Assembly (NCBI GenBank): GCA_964430955.1 | Contig: CAYSHY010000004.1 | Location: forward strand, 9,971-73,970 | Direction of reading: 5' to 3' | DNA from: an uncultured Puniceicoccaceae bacterium | GTDB taxonomy: Bacteria; Verrucomicrobiota; Verrucomicrobiia; Opitutales; Oceanipulchritudinaceae | Length of the DNA stretch: 64,000 bases | Shown: in pieces, positions 1 through 8,907 of the stretch | How positions within the stretch are numbered: position 1 is the stretch's first letter | Layout: each line of letters starts with the position of its first letter | Program-made: the position numbers and the translations under genes | Notes under the pieces: generated by a model | Database searches by the model: none | The model's input: the letters and a program-made list of their open reading frames with translations, nothing else | Told to the model about the DNA's origin: nothing

Positions 1-2814
1 ATCTATATCAATGGAGCCAACCCGCTCCCGGTATCCACTAACAGCGCTACTGTCACCCAACTGTCCCCCAGCACACAATTCACCTTCACTGTAAGTGCGG
101 TCGATGCGGCAAGCAACGAATCCAGCCAAAGTTCAGGCGCGAGCGTAACGACGTCAGGTTCTGGCGGCGGCGGGAGTGGCGGAGGTCCCTATACGATTAC
201 TGGCTCGACAGATGACCGTGACGTCAGGAGCACCGGCGCCATGGGATGGGTGGGAGAACCGTCCGTGCGCGTTGGCGGCGCGTCCTCAAGTTATGATTCT
301 GTCATGGTGTATGTGTTCGAGCTGCCATCCATCGCGTCGGGCGCCACTGTCACGAGCGCTTCCCTTAGTTTCGAATACACTGGCCTTTCAAACAATCCCT
401 CCGGGAAGGTGGATCTCTATGGACTACCATACGATTCCTCGGGCGCCGTATCTTCAAGTCATTATTACCAAGGCGCCTATGGAAGCGACAGCTCCGCAAC
501 TGCAATCCAGAATGATATCCTGACGACATCGACCTCCACCGGCACAATCTCAACGGATTCCACGGGATCCTCCAATCTGGTGGATTACCTGAACGCTCAG
601 TATGCGAATGGGGCCGAGGGTGGCGATTTCATCTATCTGCGGCTCAATCCCGACGTGTCCAACGAGACCAACTATCACTACTTCAATGTTGCCACCGCCA
701 ACAGCTCCACGCCGCCGGTTCTGGAGTTTGCCGTGGGTACAGGTAGTGGCGGAGGCGGTAGCGCCATTATCTCCGAGGATTTCAGCTCAGGCGCCACGGC
801 GTTTGACGTTGAGACGGGAGGGCTGTGGAGCGTTAGCGGCGGACGCTATGTTCTGACAAATCCCACGTCTGGTTCAGCCGCGGGACTCCTTGGCAACATT
901 AGCGTTCATGAGACGTCCTTGGCTGGAGACTATGTTGTGAGTGCAGTCCTGAACGCCACGGGCACGAGTTCAACCTGGAACGATGTCGCGTTGGTCTTCG
1001 GCTACCAGAATGACGACAACTACTACTACCTCTCGCTGAACGAGAGCAACGACTCCAACACAATGGGCATCATCAGGGTCCTCAATGGCTCGCCTACCGA
1101 ACTGGCTGATATCAGCCTTTCGATAAGCTCGGACACGGACTACCAGGTCGAGGTTCAGCGCATCGGCTCATCGATCGTTGCGAAGGTTGGCGGAATACAG
1201 GTTGCCTCTACGGTGGATTCTTCGTTATCAGGCGGACGAGTCGGATTTGGAACCTACAACGATTCCGCCGAGTTCGACAATCTTGTTGTGACCGGGCAAA
1301 TGGACACCCAGTCGCCAAGCGTTCCCACCGGGCTGACATCCAGCAATGTGACTGACAGTACAGTCGATCTCGATTGGAATGCCTCAACGGACAATGTAGG
1401 GGTGGCTGGGTACAACGTGTACATCAATGGATCGAACCCCTTGAGTGTGGATGCGACAAGCGTCACGGTTGAGCAGTTGACGCCACAGACGAACTACACC
1501 TTTACGGTCAGCGCCTTTGATGCCGCACTGAATGAGTCCAACCAGAGCACGGGTGTGAACGTAATAACGCAACAGCAACTCTCGCCTGTCGCCACGCCCA
1601 CGTTCTCTCCGTCCGGAGGCTCCTATTCCAGCAGCCAGAATGTGACGATCAGCACCGCTACGAGTGGAGCGACGATCCGGTACACGACAGACGGGAGCAC
1701 CCCCACGACAAGCCATGGCGCGGTGTACTCGAGTCCGGTGTCGATCACAAGCTCCACCACGGTCAAGGCGATCGCCTACAAGAGTGGAATGGCAAACAGC
1801 TCGGTCACGACGGCCAGCTATACAATCTCCACTGGCGCTCCGTTATATGGAGCACGGGGAGCATGGCCATCGCTTACCCCGGCCAGCAACGCTTCGCCGA
1901 CAGCAACGCTGAATTCGGTCTCCGATCTCGTCACCGCCTTGCGCACGGCGAACTCGGGCGACGTCTTCCACCTGAACAGTATGACGATTGGCAACACTAC
2001 GCTGAACGACGCCACCGCGAAAGCAAACTTGGCGTCCATCCAGACAAATGTGCTCGTTCGGCCGGCGCCGGGGGCTACCGTGACGATCACCGGCACGTTG
2101 ATCTCGCATTTGCCGCGAATTACCTGGGCTTACTTCAAGCTTGAAGGCACGATCTCACTCAGAGCAGACTCCACCCGGTCAAGGCTGGCGCGCATCCAGA
2201 TGGGCGATGACGCTGGGTTCACTCTCGAAGCCAACTACCTTGAACTGGTTGAGTGCCTGAAGCCCGGGCGCGGAAACGGCGGAGACGTGATGCAGATCAA
2301 GTCAACCTATGTTCAACCCGGGAACCCGCAAAATCCCGCGCCCCGTGACATCTTGTTCGATTCGTGCTGGTTTGAAGGAAACGACGCCAATCCAGGAGAT
2401 CACGCGGATACGCTCCAATGGCTGTGTTCAACCGGCTACATGAAGTTCCGTAACACCTATATTGGGCCCGCGGGCAATAACGCCACCCTGCAATGCGGCA
2501 CCGAGTGGCAGCGGCAGGATGAGCAATACGCAGTCTTCGACATGGATACAGTCTTCCTCGGCGGCGCCATTGTTTATGGTAATGGCAATGTCTTCGGCGT
2601 GCCACAGACGCCGGCCATCTACCGCCGCGTGGAGTGGACGCAAGTAAAGACCCGCTCGGAGCAGGCTTTACCTGATGTCGTAGAAGATTGTCGCTTCGCG
2701 CCGGCGGATCCTAAGTTGGTGAACGGAACCTCAATCAGCTCCATATTCCCGAACAATGAGTTTGGGGTCACGGTGACATTCCCGACATTTGTAGAGCCTT
2801 CGTGGTGGGATTAA
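1..2814 (+). CDS. Secreted multidomain protein, 5'-truncated at the window edge (FN3 repeats, LamG/concanavalin-like domain, chitobiase-C-like segment, unassigned C-terminal module)
   Basis: Frame 1 is open from nt 1 (IYINGANPL...TFTVSAVDAASNES, the end of an FN3) and continuous with ORF 241..2814. A second FN3 reads DLDWNASTDNVGVAGYNVYING...YTFTVSAFDAALNES. LamG-like block: GGLWSVSGGRYVL...VALVFGYQNDDNYYYLSL...GRVGFGTYNDSAEFDNLVV. CHB_HEX_C-like block at nt 1591-1830: FSPSGGSYSSSQNVTIS..ATIRYTTDGSTPTTS..VKAIAYKSG. Gly-rich linkers are present (GSGGGGSGGG near nt 160-190, GSGGGGS near nt 740-760). Confidence 0.8.
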   Translation: MYINGANPLPVSTNSATVTQLSPSTQFTFTVSAVDAASNESSQSSGASVTTSGSGGGGSGGGPYTITGSTDDRDVRSTGAMGWVGEPSVRVGGASSSYDSVMVYVFELPSIASGATVTSASLSFEYTGLSNNPSGKVDLYGLPYDSSGAVSSSHYYQGAYGSDSSATAIQNDILTTSTSTGTISTDSTGSSNLVDYLNAQYANGAEGGDFIYLRLNPDVSNETNYHYFNVATANSSTPPVLEFAVGTGSGGGGSAIISEDFSSGATAFDVETGGLWSVSGGRYVLTNPTSGSAAGLLGNISVHETSLAGDYVVSAVLNATGTSSTWNDVALVFGYQNDDNYYYLSLNESNDSNTMGIIRVLNGSPTELADISLSISSDTDYQVEVQRIGSSIVAKVGGIQVASTVDSSLSGGRVGFGTYNDSAEFDNLVVTGQMDTQSPSVPTGLTSSNVTDSTVDLDWNASTDNVGVAGYNVYINGSNPLSVDATSVTVEQLTPQTNYTFTVSAFDAALNESNQSTGVNVITQQQLSPVATPTFSPSGGSYSSSQNVTISTATSGATIRYTTDGSTPTTSHGAVYSSPVSITSSTTVKAIAYKSGMANSSVTTASYTISTGAPLYGARGAWPSLTPASNASPTATLNSVSDLVTALRTANSGDVFHLNSMTIGNTTLNDATAKANLASIQTNVLVRPAPGATVTITGTLISHLPRITWAYFKLEGTISLRADSTRSRLARIQMGDDAGFTLEANYLELVECLKPGRGNGGDVMQIKSTYVQPGNPQNPAPRDILFDSCWFEGNDANPGDHADTLQWLCSTGYMKFRNTYIGPAGNNATLQCGTEWQRQDEQYAVFDMDTVFLGGAIVYGNGNVFGVPQTPAIYRRVEWTQVKTRSEQALPDVVEDCRFAPADPKLVNGTSISSIFPNNEFGVTVTFPTFVEPSWWD

Positions 2815-2840
2815 TCGCTCGTCAGGGCTTGTCCTTGCAA

Positions 2841-2874
2841 GGCCGAACCGCCTCAGGCAGCGGTTCGGCCTTTT
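2841..2874. terminator. Bidirectional intrinsic terminator between convergent genes
   Basis: Perfect 11-bp stem GGCCGAACCGC (2841-2851) / GCGGTTCGGCC (2860-2870), 8-nt loop, then TTTT (2871-2874). It lies between the stop at 2814 (+) and the stop at 2878 (-). Confidence 0.7.
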
Positions 2875-2877
2875 CAA

Positions 2878-5800
2878 TTATTGTGGTATGACAAACCATC
2901 CTGCATCGGGAGACCAGAAGCCACGGTAACCCGGAGTGTAGGCGAAGTAGTACCAACCTTCAGGCAGACTTGTAGAGCCGAAGCAGTAAAGCCAGTTGTA
3001 GGTGTCGCCGTTCGTGTAGATCCAGGCTTCCAGTTGTCCGTCCCATATGAATGGCGAATCACCGCCCTCTGGCAGGTATTGCCATCCGTGAGCTGGCGAC
3101 CAGATCCACGGTTTCGTACCGCTGTAGTAGTAACCATACCAGGCCGAGTAGCTCCAGCCCCCGCCCACATCGAGCTCCTCGAGCAGGCCTTGCGGCAGCT
3201 GCCGGGTGATGATGACCTGAATCTCCTGTGGGGATGAAAGTGGGGCGGACAGATTATAGATTGTAGCGCTGCTCTCGATAAACGTATGCGGGGAGGTGAC
3301 CGGGAACGGTTGAAGCGCCTTCATTAGAATACCTCCACCTTGCGCCCGGGTTGGTGTAGCGGGCGTTACATTGAATAGTCCCGGCGCGTTGCTTACTGCC
3401 TGGATGTAAGGAGGGGAATCTACACTGCCAGCCAATGGAACCGAGGCAGTGGGCGAGTCCGGATGCAGGTAAACACGGCGCTTGAGCGGGTAAACGGCCG
3501 ACGGCGGAACGAAGGGCTCCGCTTCCGTGCTGTCCGGGTTCAACGGAGCGCCGTCATCGGCGTCGTTCACACCGTCACCATCAGTATCAGCGAGCCGTGG
3601 GTCGCTCTGCGGGACTGTGGCGCTGCCCGTGATTTCAAGACCATCTGGAATGCCGTCTCCATCGGTGTCGGCGAGGTCTGGCCGTGTGCCCAGCTCGAAC
3701 TCTTCAAGGTTCGTCAGTTGGTCGCCGTCAAGGTCCGCGTGCGCGTCGTCGATAGAAGGATTCAGCCCGTGAGCGATTTCAAAACTGTCAGGCATGCCGT
3801 CCTGGTCCACGTCGTAGAGACTGGGATCCACAGCGAGAATCCAGTCCGCCTGCATTTCGATCATTCCCGCAGGAGCGGTGGCATTTTCATCAATCTCTGC
3901 AGTGATGAAAAGTGCGTCCCACTGAGTAATGTCGCCTACGGTAAAGCTCCACTGCAATGAGGCCTCCGCACCGGGCGCCAGGGTCGGAAGGTTCTTGACT
4001 GGCTCGCTTATTGTGACCGCGCCCTCAGGAATTACCGACACTCGCACAGGCAGGACAGGAAGCGAGTTGCCGCCAGCATTGAAGGCTGTAACCTGCAGAG
4101 TGAAAGACTCTCCAGCAGCGGAGATTACTGCTGACCCCGTTGACGTGGAAGTGACGGCGCCCGGTTCAAGCACGATTGCTTGTCCCGGTGTTTCTGAAGC
4201 AGTGGCGGCCTGCGTGGAGAACGCGTCGATTGCCGAGCTGGTTTTCGTAACGGCCGTCCTGAACTCTTTCAAAGCCCGGAGGACGCTGGCGCGCCGCGTG
4301 ATGTAGGCCGCTGATGTAGGAGACTCGAATACGCCGCCAAGCACGCCTTCAAACAAGGCGCCCAGTTCTTCTCCCAGTGTAATGGCAGTCGCCATTTGCT
4401 CGATTCTCGCGGTGCGGAGCCAATCCAACAAGGAAGCAAGATCGGGGTTTGTGTACGATGCAGCGCCCGCAGCGGCTTCAAAACGCCGGCCGGCATTTCT
4501 CCAGGCTGCGTGGGCATTCACGAGTGATCCGGATTCGGTGGGATGAACCGAGGCGTTAAGCACTGTCCCAATGTTGTTTGCGGAGAGACCTTGCTCAATC
4601 GATTGAAGCGCGGCGAGAACAGTCGCCGCAGAAGGCGGTGAGGCCGATAGGGAGGCGGCTCGGATCGGGACGCTTCCCTTGGTTGAGGCTTCAGCACGCG
4701 CGGGAAGCGCACTGCCGGGGCTCTGAAGGGCTGTTGTATCTGTGGGAAATCCGAACGCTGCCCTGTTCAGACGCTCGAGGTCCATTGGGATGCCGACATA
4801 GATGGCGCTTGCGCTGGCGACAATGGCTTCTACATGAGCTGCAAATTTGAGGATCTTTGAGGCTGCTTCGGCGGCCTTTGCCTGCTTTAGCCCGACGCCC
4901 AACAGGGAAAAGTAAGATTCTGCGATGCTAGAAGCCTCAGCCGTGGTTTGGCCTATCAGCACTGCCGTCGAATACCGTTCCATGGAAACGAGGAAAGAGA
5001 GGTAGAACTGGTTGAAGTCTGCCCGGTCGCGAAGAAACTGCGGGTCGTCATAGGTATTCCACCCCTTCATGGTGTCGAGAGAGTCCTGGAGGACATCTGC
5101 AGTTACCGCAGTGAAGGAGAAAGGCGCCCCATCATAGAACACCGGGTGGAATTGTTTGGTGATACCCTTTATTATCTCCTGAATGCCCAGGCTCGTTGCA
5201 TGTACCCCCCTGCGAGCCCGGCTGGCCTCGGCGTCCTTGAGCCCGTTTGCGATGCTGCGGCCCGCCAGCACAAAGTAATAGGTAAAAGAAGCGGCCAGTT
5301 CCGGCTTCATGCCAGCCTTCACCAGTCCGGCTTCCAAGTATGGCTTAACTGATTTCAGGATCGTGGATGCGCCGCTCATCCTCTCCGCATTGCGCACCAA
5401 CGCCCAATCCGCCTGAGAGGCGGCTTCGATGAGCACCTCGCCCGGTTGCAGGACGCCAAAGTCCGGAGACTCGCGCGAGAGCGTCACCCGTTTCTTCGCC
5501 TCTCTAAGCGCATCGCTCTCCTTCTTGGCTATCTCCCCGTAAATCTCGGCCAGCAAGTTCCCGATAGACGTGAGCATCTCCTTGATGAAGATGTCGGCGA
5601 ACTCGGCGCCCATCAGGACGCTCCGTTCACTGAGGATGGCTCTCCGGAGCGCTTCACGCGTAACCGGCGATAGCTCAAGGTTATCAAGGTGATTGATCAC
5701 CTGCGTTTCAATCGGCGCCCAATAATTGGGGCCCTTGCCGGAAAGGTTCTCCGCCAGGTTTCGTTTGATTGCCGGTTCATCTGCAGGTTGAAGATTGAGC

Positions 5801-7731
5801 ACGAGATCCGCCGTGGGAACGCGTACGTTTGGCTGGATCAGCGTGAGAAAGTTGAGAGGTTGGGTGCGGGATGTATCGACGTTATGCTCGTCATCCATCA
5901 CCCATTCGTCTGTCTCGGCCGCCGAGACCTCTATCGTGTAGTATGCGTGGCGTAAGACGCCGGTATTCTGCAGCTTTACGGCTTGCAAAAGTTGTGTGGA
6001 GAACTGCCCTGCGTCGGTTTCGGTCATCACGATTCGCTGCACTTGAGCGCCGAGCTGGCTGCGCACATACTTGTGGTAGTCTATGGCGAGCTCACCGGGT
6101 TTCTGAGACCGAATCCAGCCGGACGGCTGAGAGTAGATGGTGATCACAGCGCGGTGTACCGCATGTTCACGGTCTGTCAGTGTTGGAGCGGCTGAACGGA
6201 CGACGCCGGAAAGCGAGCCTTCGATTCGTTCCGCATCCGGCGGCAGAACACGGCAGATCGCGCTCGAACCGTCAAAGAACTGCATCAGGCAGACGAGTTC
6301 GCCTCCATCAGTAAGGCCTTCCGGGTAGTAGAGCACGCTGGCGAGGGTCTTTTCCTGCCCGTCGAGTTGCAGAGCCTGTCCTCTCCACAGGAGGACATGG
6401 AACTGACCGGTGAGATCCTGGTAGATCACAGACGAAACAGGGAACTGCCCATCGCCGATGCCCGGCCCCTGAAGCTTTACTGAACTTACATTAGCCCCGT
6501 AGGGGTTCGCGGAGAAATAGTACTCGGTTTCGGTTATGCGAATGTTTGTCCCCGGCAGGAAATCACCAATCGTGTAGAGCAGTTGTAATCCGTGGGTCAG
6601 ATCTGCCTTGAAACGACCAGCGCCGGAGCGGCCGAACCCTTGGTAGTTAGCCCTGAAATAGGCTGTTCCTCCCCGAATGACCTCGTCGCCTGCAAATACC
6701 GAGGGAAGGGATAGTTTTACGGCGCCCTCGGGCGTGGTGATCTCGGTGTTGTAGGGAACCAGAAGCTTTGGCCCCAGGAAGGAAACCAGATAGAGCGCGT
6801 TAGCGTAGGTTGGCGGGGCTCCATACGCCAAGACCAACGCCACACCACTCTCATCGACATCGAGCAGAGAGTAATTCTGCGGACCATATGGAAGCCCGGG
6901 TAGCACGGAATCCGGCCCGAGGACGAGTTCCGAATTGCTTCCCAGGAAACGGTAGACCGAGTCCATTTGCCTGCTTCCGGGGCCCGGGGAGTCTGCCGTG
7001 TAGTAGCCGATGCCCACATCCCGGGCCATCTGGTAACCGCGGAACTTGGGCAGATTGGGATCGCCTGCGTGTGTGGTGAGGTGAACCGACCCTCCTAGCC
7101 CCCAATAGAGGGCCCCGCCGTAGTTGCTTACTTCGGCCACAAACGCATAAACCCCGCTATTGGATATAGAGGTTGAGTGAAAGCGGTCGAAAGACAGCTT
7201 AACGTCATTGACCGGCCCGGGGACGGTCTCGGGCAGGCCGGGCGGAGGATCGTTGAATTGGCTTAGGAGTCGTTTTATCGTGCCGCCGCCGCCGTACCAG
7301 ATGGATTCGCCATAGGGAACGCCGTCGACATTGGTTTGCGAGGAGACAGGCTGAAGGAAGAAGACGAACAGGCTTTGCCCTGAATCGTTGAAAGCCAGGC
7401 TGTGGGGATAGCCGTTGTTAAACCAGCGATTGGCGAACTTTAACCTGCTGTCTTCCGGGGATAATTCGCCGCTCAACGCAATCTCCTGGAGTCCGCCCGC
7501 TCCAGCGGCGTACACCCCTGATTTGGGTTGTTGGCCGTTGAGGCCCATCTCAAAGATGGCAGCGCCCTTCTGATTGGGAACCGGTATCCACACAGCATTG
7601 ATATCGGTCGTATCCTCCCGGTGACTGGGCCACCAGCTTGCCGCAAGCACCTCAATGATCGGCGGCTGCTGGGCGTCTGCCCGGAGCGCTATTAGACCCA
7701 GCACAGTTAGGAACACCCGAGTTAGACGCAT
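2878..7731 (-). CDS. Giant secreted protein (~1617 aa): signal peptide, beta-rich N-terminal region, long helical middle region, CARDB/Ig-like domain, thrombospondin type 3 Ca-binding repeats, Trp-rich C-terminal tail
   Basis: Uninterrupted 1623-codon ORF. The ATG at 7731 follows AGGAGA by 8 nt and is preferred over the GTG at 7749. Signal peptide MRLTRVFLTVLGLIALRADAQQ. TSP3-type repeats DVDQDGMPD / DLDGDQLTN / DTDGDGIPD / DTDGDGVNDADDGAPLNPD at nt ~3535-3815. Ig/CARDB-like block FTLQVTAFNAGGNSLPVLPVRVSV. Aromatic tail at nt 2881-3165. Confidence 0.85.
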   Translation of the reverse strand: MRLTRVFLTVLGLIALRADAQQPPIIEVLAASWWPSHREDTTDINAVWIPVPNQKGAAIFEMGLNGQQPKSGVYAAGAGGLQEIALSGELSPEDSRLKFANRWFNNGYPHSLAFNDSGQSLFVFFLQPVSSQTNVDGVPYGESIWYGGGGTIKRLLSQFNDPPPGLPETVPGPVNDVKLSFDRFHSTSISNSGVYAFVAEVSNYGGALYWGLGGSVHLTTHAGDPNLPKFRGYQMARDVGIGYYTADSPGPGSRQMDSVYRFLGSNSELVLGPDSVLPGLPYGPQNYSLLDVDESGVALVLAYGAPPTYANALYLVSFLGPKLLVPYNTEITTPEGAVKLSLPSVFAGDEVIRGGTAYFRANYQGFGRSGAGRFKADLTHGLQLLYTIGDFLPGTNIRITETEYYFSANPYGANVSSVKLQGPGIGDGQFPVSSVIYQDLTGQFHVLLWRGQALQLDGQEKTLASVLYYPEGLTDGGELVCLMQFFDGSSAICRVLPPDAERIEGSLSGVVRSAAPTLTDREHAVHRAVITIYSQPSGWIRSQKPGELAIDYHKYVRSQLGAQVQRIVMTETDAGQFSTQLLQAVKLQNTGVLRHAYYTIEVSAAETDEWVMDDEHNVDTSRTQPLNFLTLIQPNVRVPTADLVLNLQPADEPAIKRNLAENLSGKGPNYWAPIETQVINHLDNLELSPVTREALRRAILSERSVLMGAEFADIFIKEMLTSIGNLLAEIYGEIAKKESDALREAKKRVTLSRESPDFGVLQPGEVLIEAASQADWALVRNAERMSGASTILKSVKPYLEAGLVKAGMKPELAASFTYYFVLAGRSIANGLKDAEASRARRGVHATSLGIQEIIKGITKQFHPVFYDGAPFSFTAVTADVLQDSLDTMKGWNTYDDPQFLRDRADFNQFYLSFLVSMERYSTAVLIGQTTAEASSIAESYFSLLGVGLKQAKAAEAASKILKFAAHVEAIVASASAIYVGIPMDLERLNRAAFGFPTDTTALQSPGSALPARAEASTKGSVPIRAASLSASPPSAATVLAALQSIEQGLSANNIGTVLNASVHPTESGSLVNAHAAWRNAGRRFEAAAGAASYTNPDLASLLDWLRTARIEQMATAITLGEELGALFEGVLGGVFESPTSAAYITRRASVLRALKEFRTAVTKTSSAIDAFSTQAATASETPGQAIVLEPGAVTSTSTGSAVISAAGESFTLQVTAFNAGGNSLPVLPVRVSVIPEGAVTISEPVKNLPTLAPGAEASLQWSFTVGDITQWDALFITAEIDENATAPAGMIEMQADWILAVDPSLYDVDQDGMPDSFEIAHGLNPSIDDAHADLDGDQLTNLEEFELGTRPDLADTDGDGIPDGLEITGSATVPQSDPRLADTDGDGVNDADDGAPLNPDSTEAEPFVPPSAVYPLKRRVYLHPDSPTASVPLAGSVDSPPYIQAVSNAPGLFNVTPATPTRAQGGGILMKALQPFPVTSPHTFIESSATIYNLSAPLSSPQEIQVIITRQLPQGLLEELDVGGGWSYSAWYGYYYSGTKPWIWSPAHGWQYLPEGGDSPFIWDGQLEAWIYTNGDTYNWLYCFGSTSLPEGWYYFAYTPGYRGFWSPDAGWFVIPQ

Positions 7732-7857
7732 AGTTATGTCTCCTGCCACCTATTATGGCGAAGACGATACTAGGGTGTCAATAAATGCCTCTGATGGAGC
7801 CAATTCTAAAAGATTATGGCGTGCCGCATAACGGGGCCACAGGTCCATAAGGTTCCC

Positions 7858-8781
7858 CTATTTGCGCATGATGACCACGTCCTGAGCATAGTAGTGATCG
7901 AAGACCCGGATTTCCTCAATCCTGAACAGGCGGCCCCAGACGTTGCGCACGTATTCATGCGAGACAAAAACATTTGCAGTGTTCGAGGCGCCGACTGCCA
8001 AACGATCGCATACACGCTCCAAGGGCATCGGTCGATCAGCGTCCTCGGGATTGCGCGCCTTCTTTGTGAACTCGTAAACGTTTGGCGCGCGGGTCTTCAT
8101 TTCATCCCACAACTTCTCGGACATAATCGTGATGTACGCCAGCCCGCCGGGCTTGAGGATACGCCGTAGCTCGGCCAGCCAAGCCATCTCGTAGGACTCG
8201 ATGTGTGTGAAGACTGAAAATGCGCTGATGGCGTCAAAGAAATTGTCTTCGAAAGTCAGATGGGGCAGGGCGCTATTTTGTATCGCTTTGATCCTATTGC
8301 CGAGGAAGGTTGTTACCCAGGCGACGTTGCGAAAATTCAGGTCGGCGGCCCACAGGTCATAACTGTCTTCCTGGGCGCAGAACTGCCGAAGCACCCGCCC
8401 GGAAGAGCAGCCTAACTCCAGGGTGCGTCCATTATCTGGCACGCCGTACCGTTGATACGCGGCCTTGAGTTTCAGGTAGTCCCGCAGCCCCGCAACCCAA
8501 TACTCAAAATGCTCGTCTCCATGGTAATACTCCCGGTCTTCCGGAACAGGGATGGGAAATTTGTCCTCTTCAATAAACGCCTCAAGTGGCTTTGGCAGCT
8601 CTATCTCGAAAAATCCATTGAAGTTGCTGCGGTCGTGTTCACGGATCGGTGGCAAATTCTTGAATACGCCGGGATTCCATGCGCTGCTATCGGATGTATT
8701 CCAGGAGATAAAATCCTCCCAACGCATGAAGGGACGGGAGAGGGGAGTTGCCGTCGAGGTATTGCTATGGTCGCTACCCAT
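7858..8781 (-). CDS. Class I SAM-dependent methyltransferase
   Basis: Motif I LELGCSSGRVLRQF. Downstream motifs FDAISAFSVFTHI and LKPGGLAYITI. 307-aa ORF with no competing frame. Confidence 0.75.
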   Translation of the reverse strand: MGSDHSNTSTATPLSRPFMRWEDFISWNTSDSSAWNPGVFKNLPPIREHDRSNFNGFFEIELPKPLEAFIEEDKFPIPVPEDREYYHGDEHFEYWVAGLRDYLKLKAAYQRYGVPDNGRTLELGCSSGRVLRQFCAQEDSYDLWAADLNFRNVAWVTTFLGNRIKAIQNSALPHLTFEDNFFDAISAFSVFTHIESYEMAWLAELRRILKPGGLAYITIMSEKLWDEMKTRAPNVYEFTKKARNPEDADRPMPLERVCDRLAVGASNTANVFVSHEYVRNVWGRLFRIEEIRVFDHYYAQDVVIMRK

Positions 8782-8907
8782 ATCCAGGGATACGATCTGA
8801 AATGGGGAATGGATGCAAAAAAGGCTGCGGAATATTGGCGAGATGCTCTAGGTCTGGAATTTCTAGTGAGACTTCGTAGGGTTTCTGAACCCCATTGCGT
8901 TGAGCGC

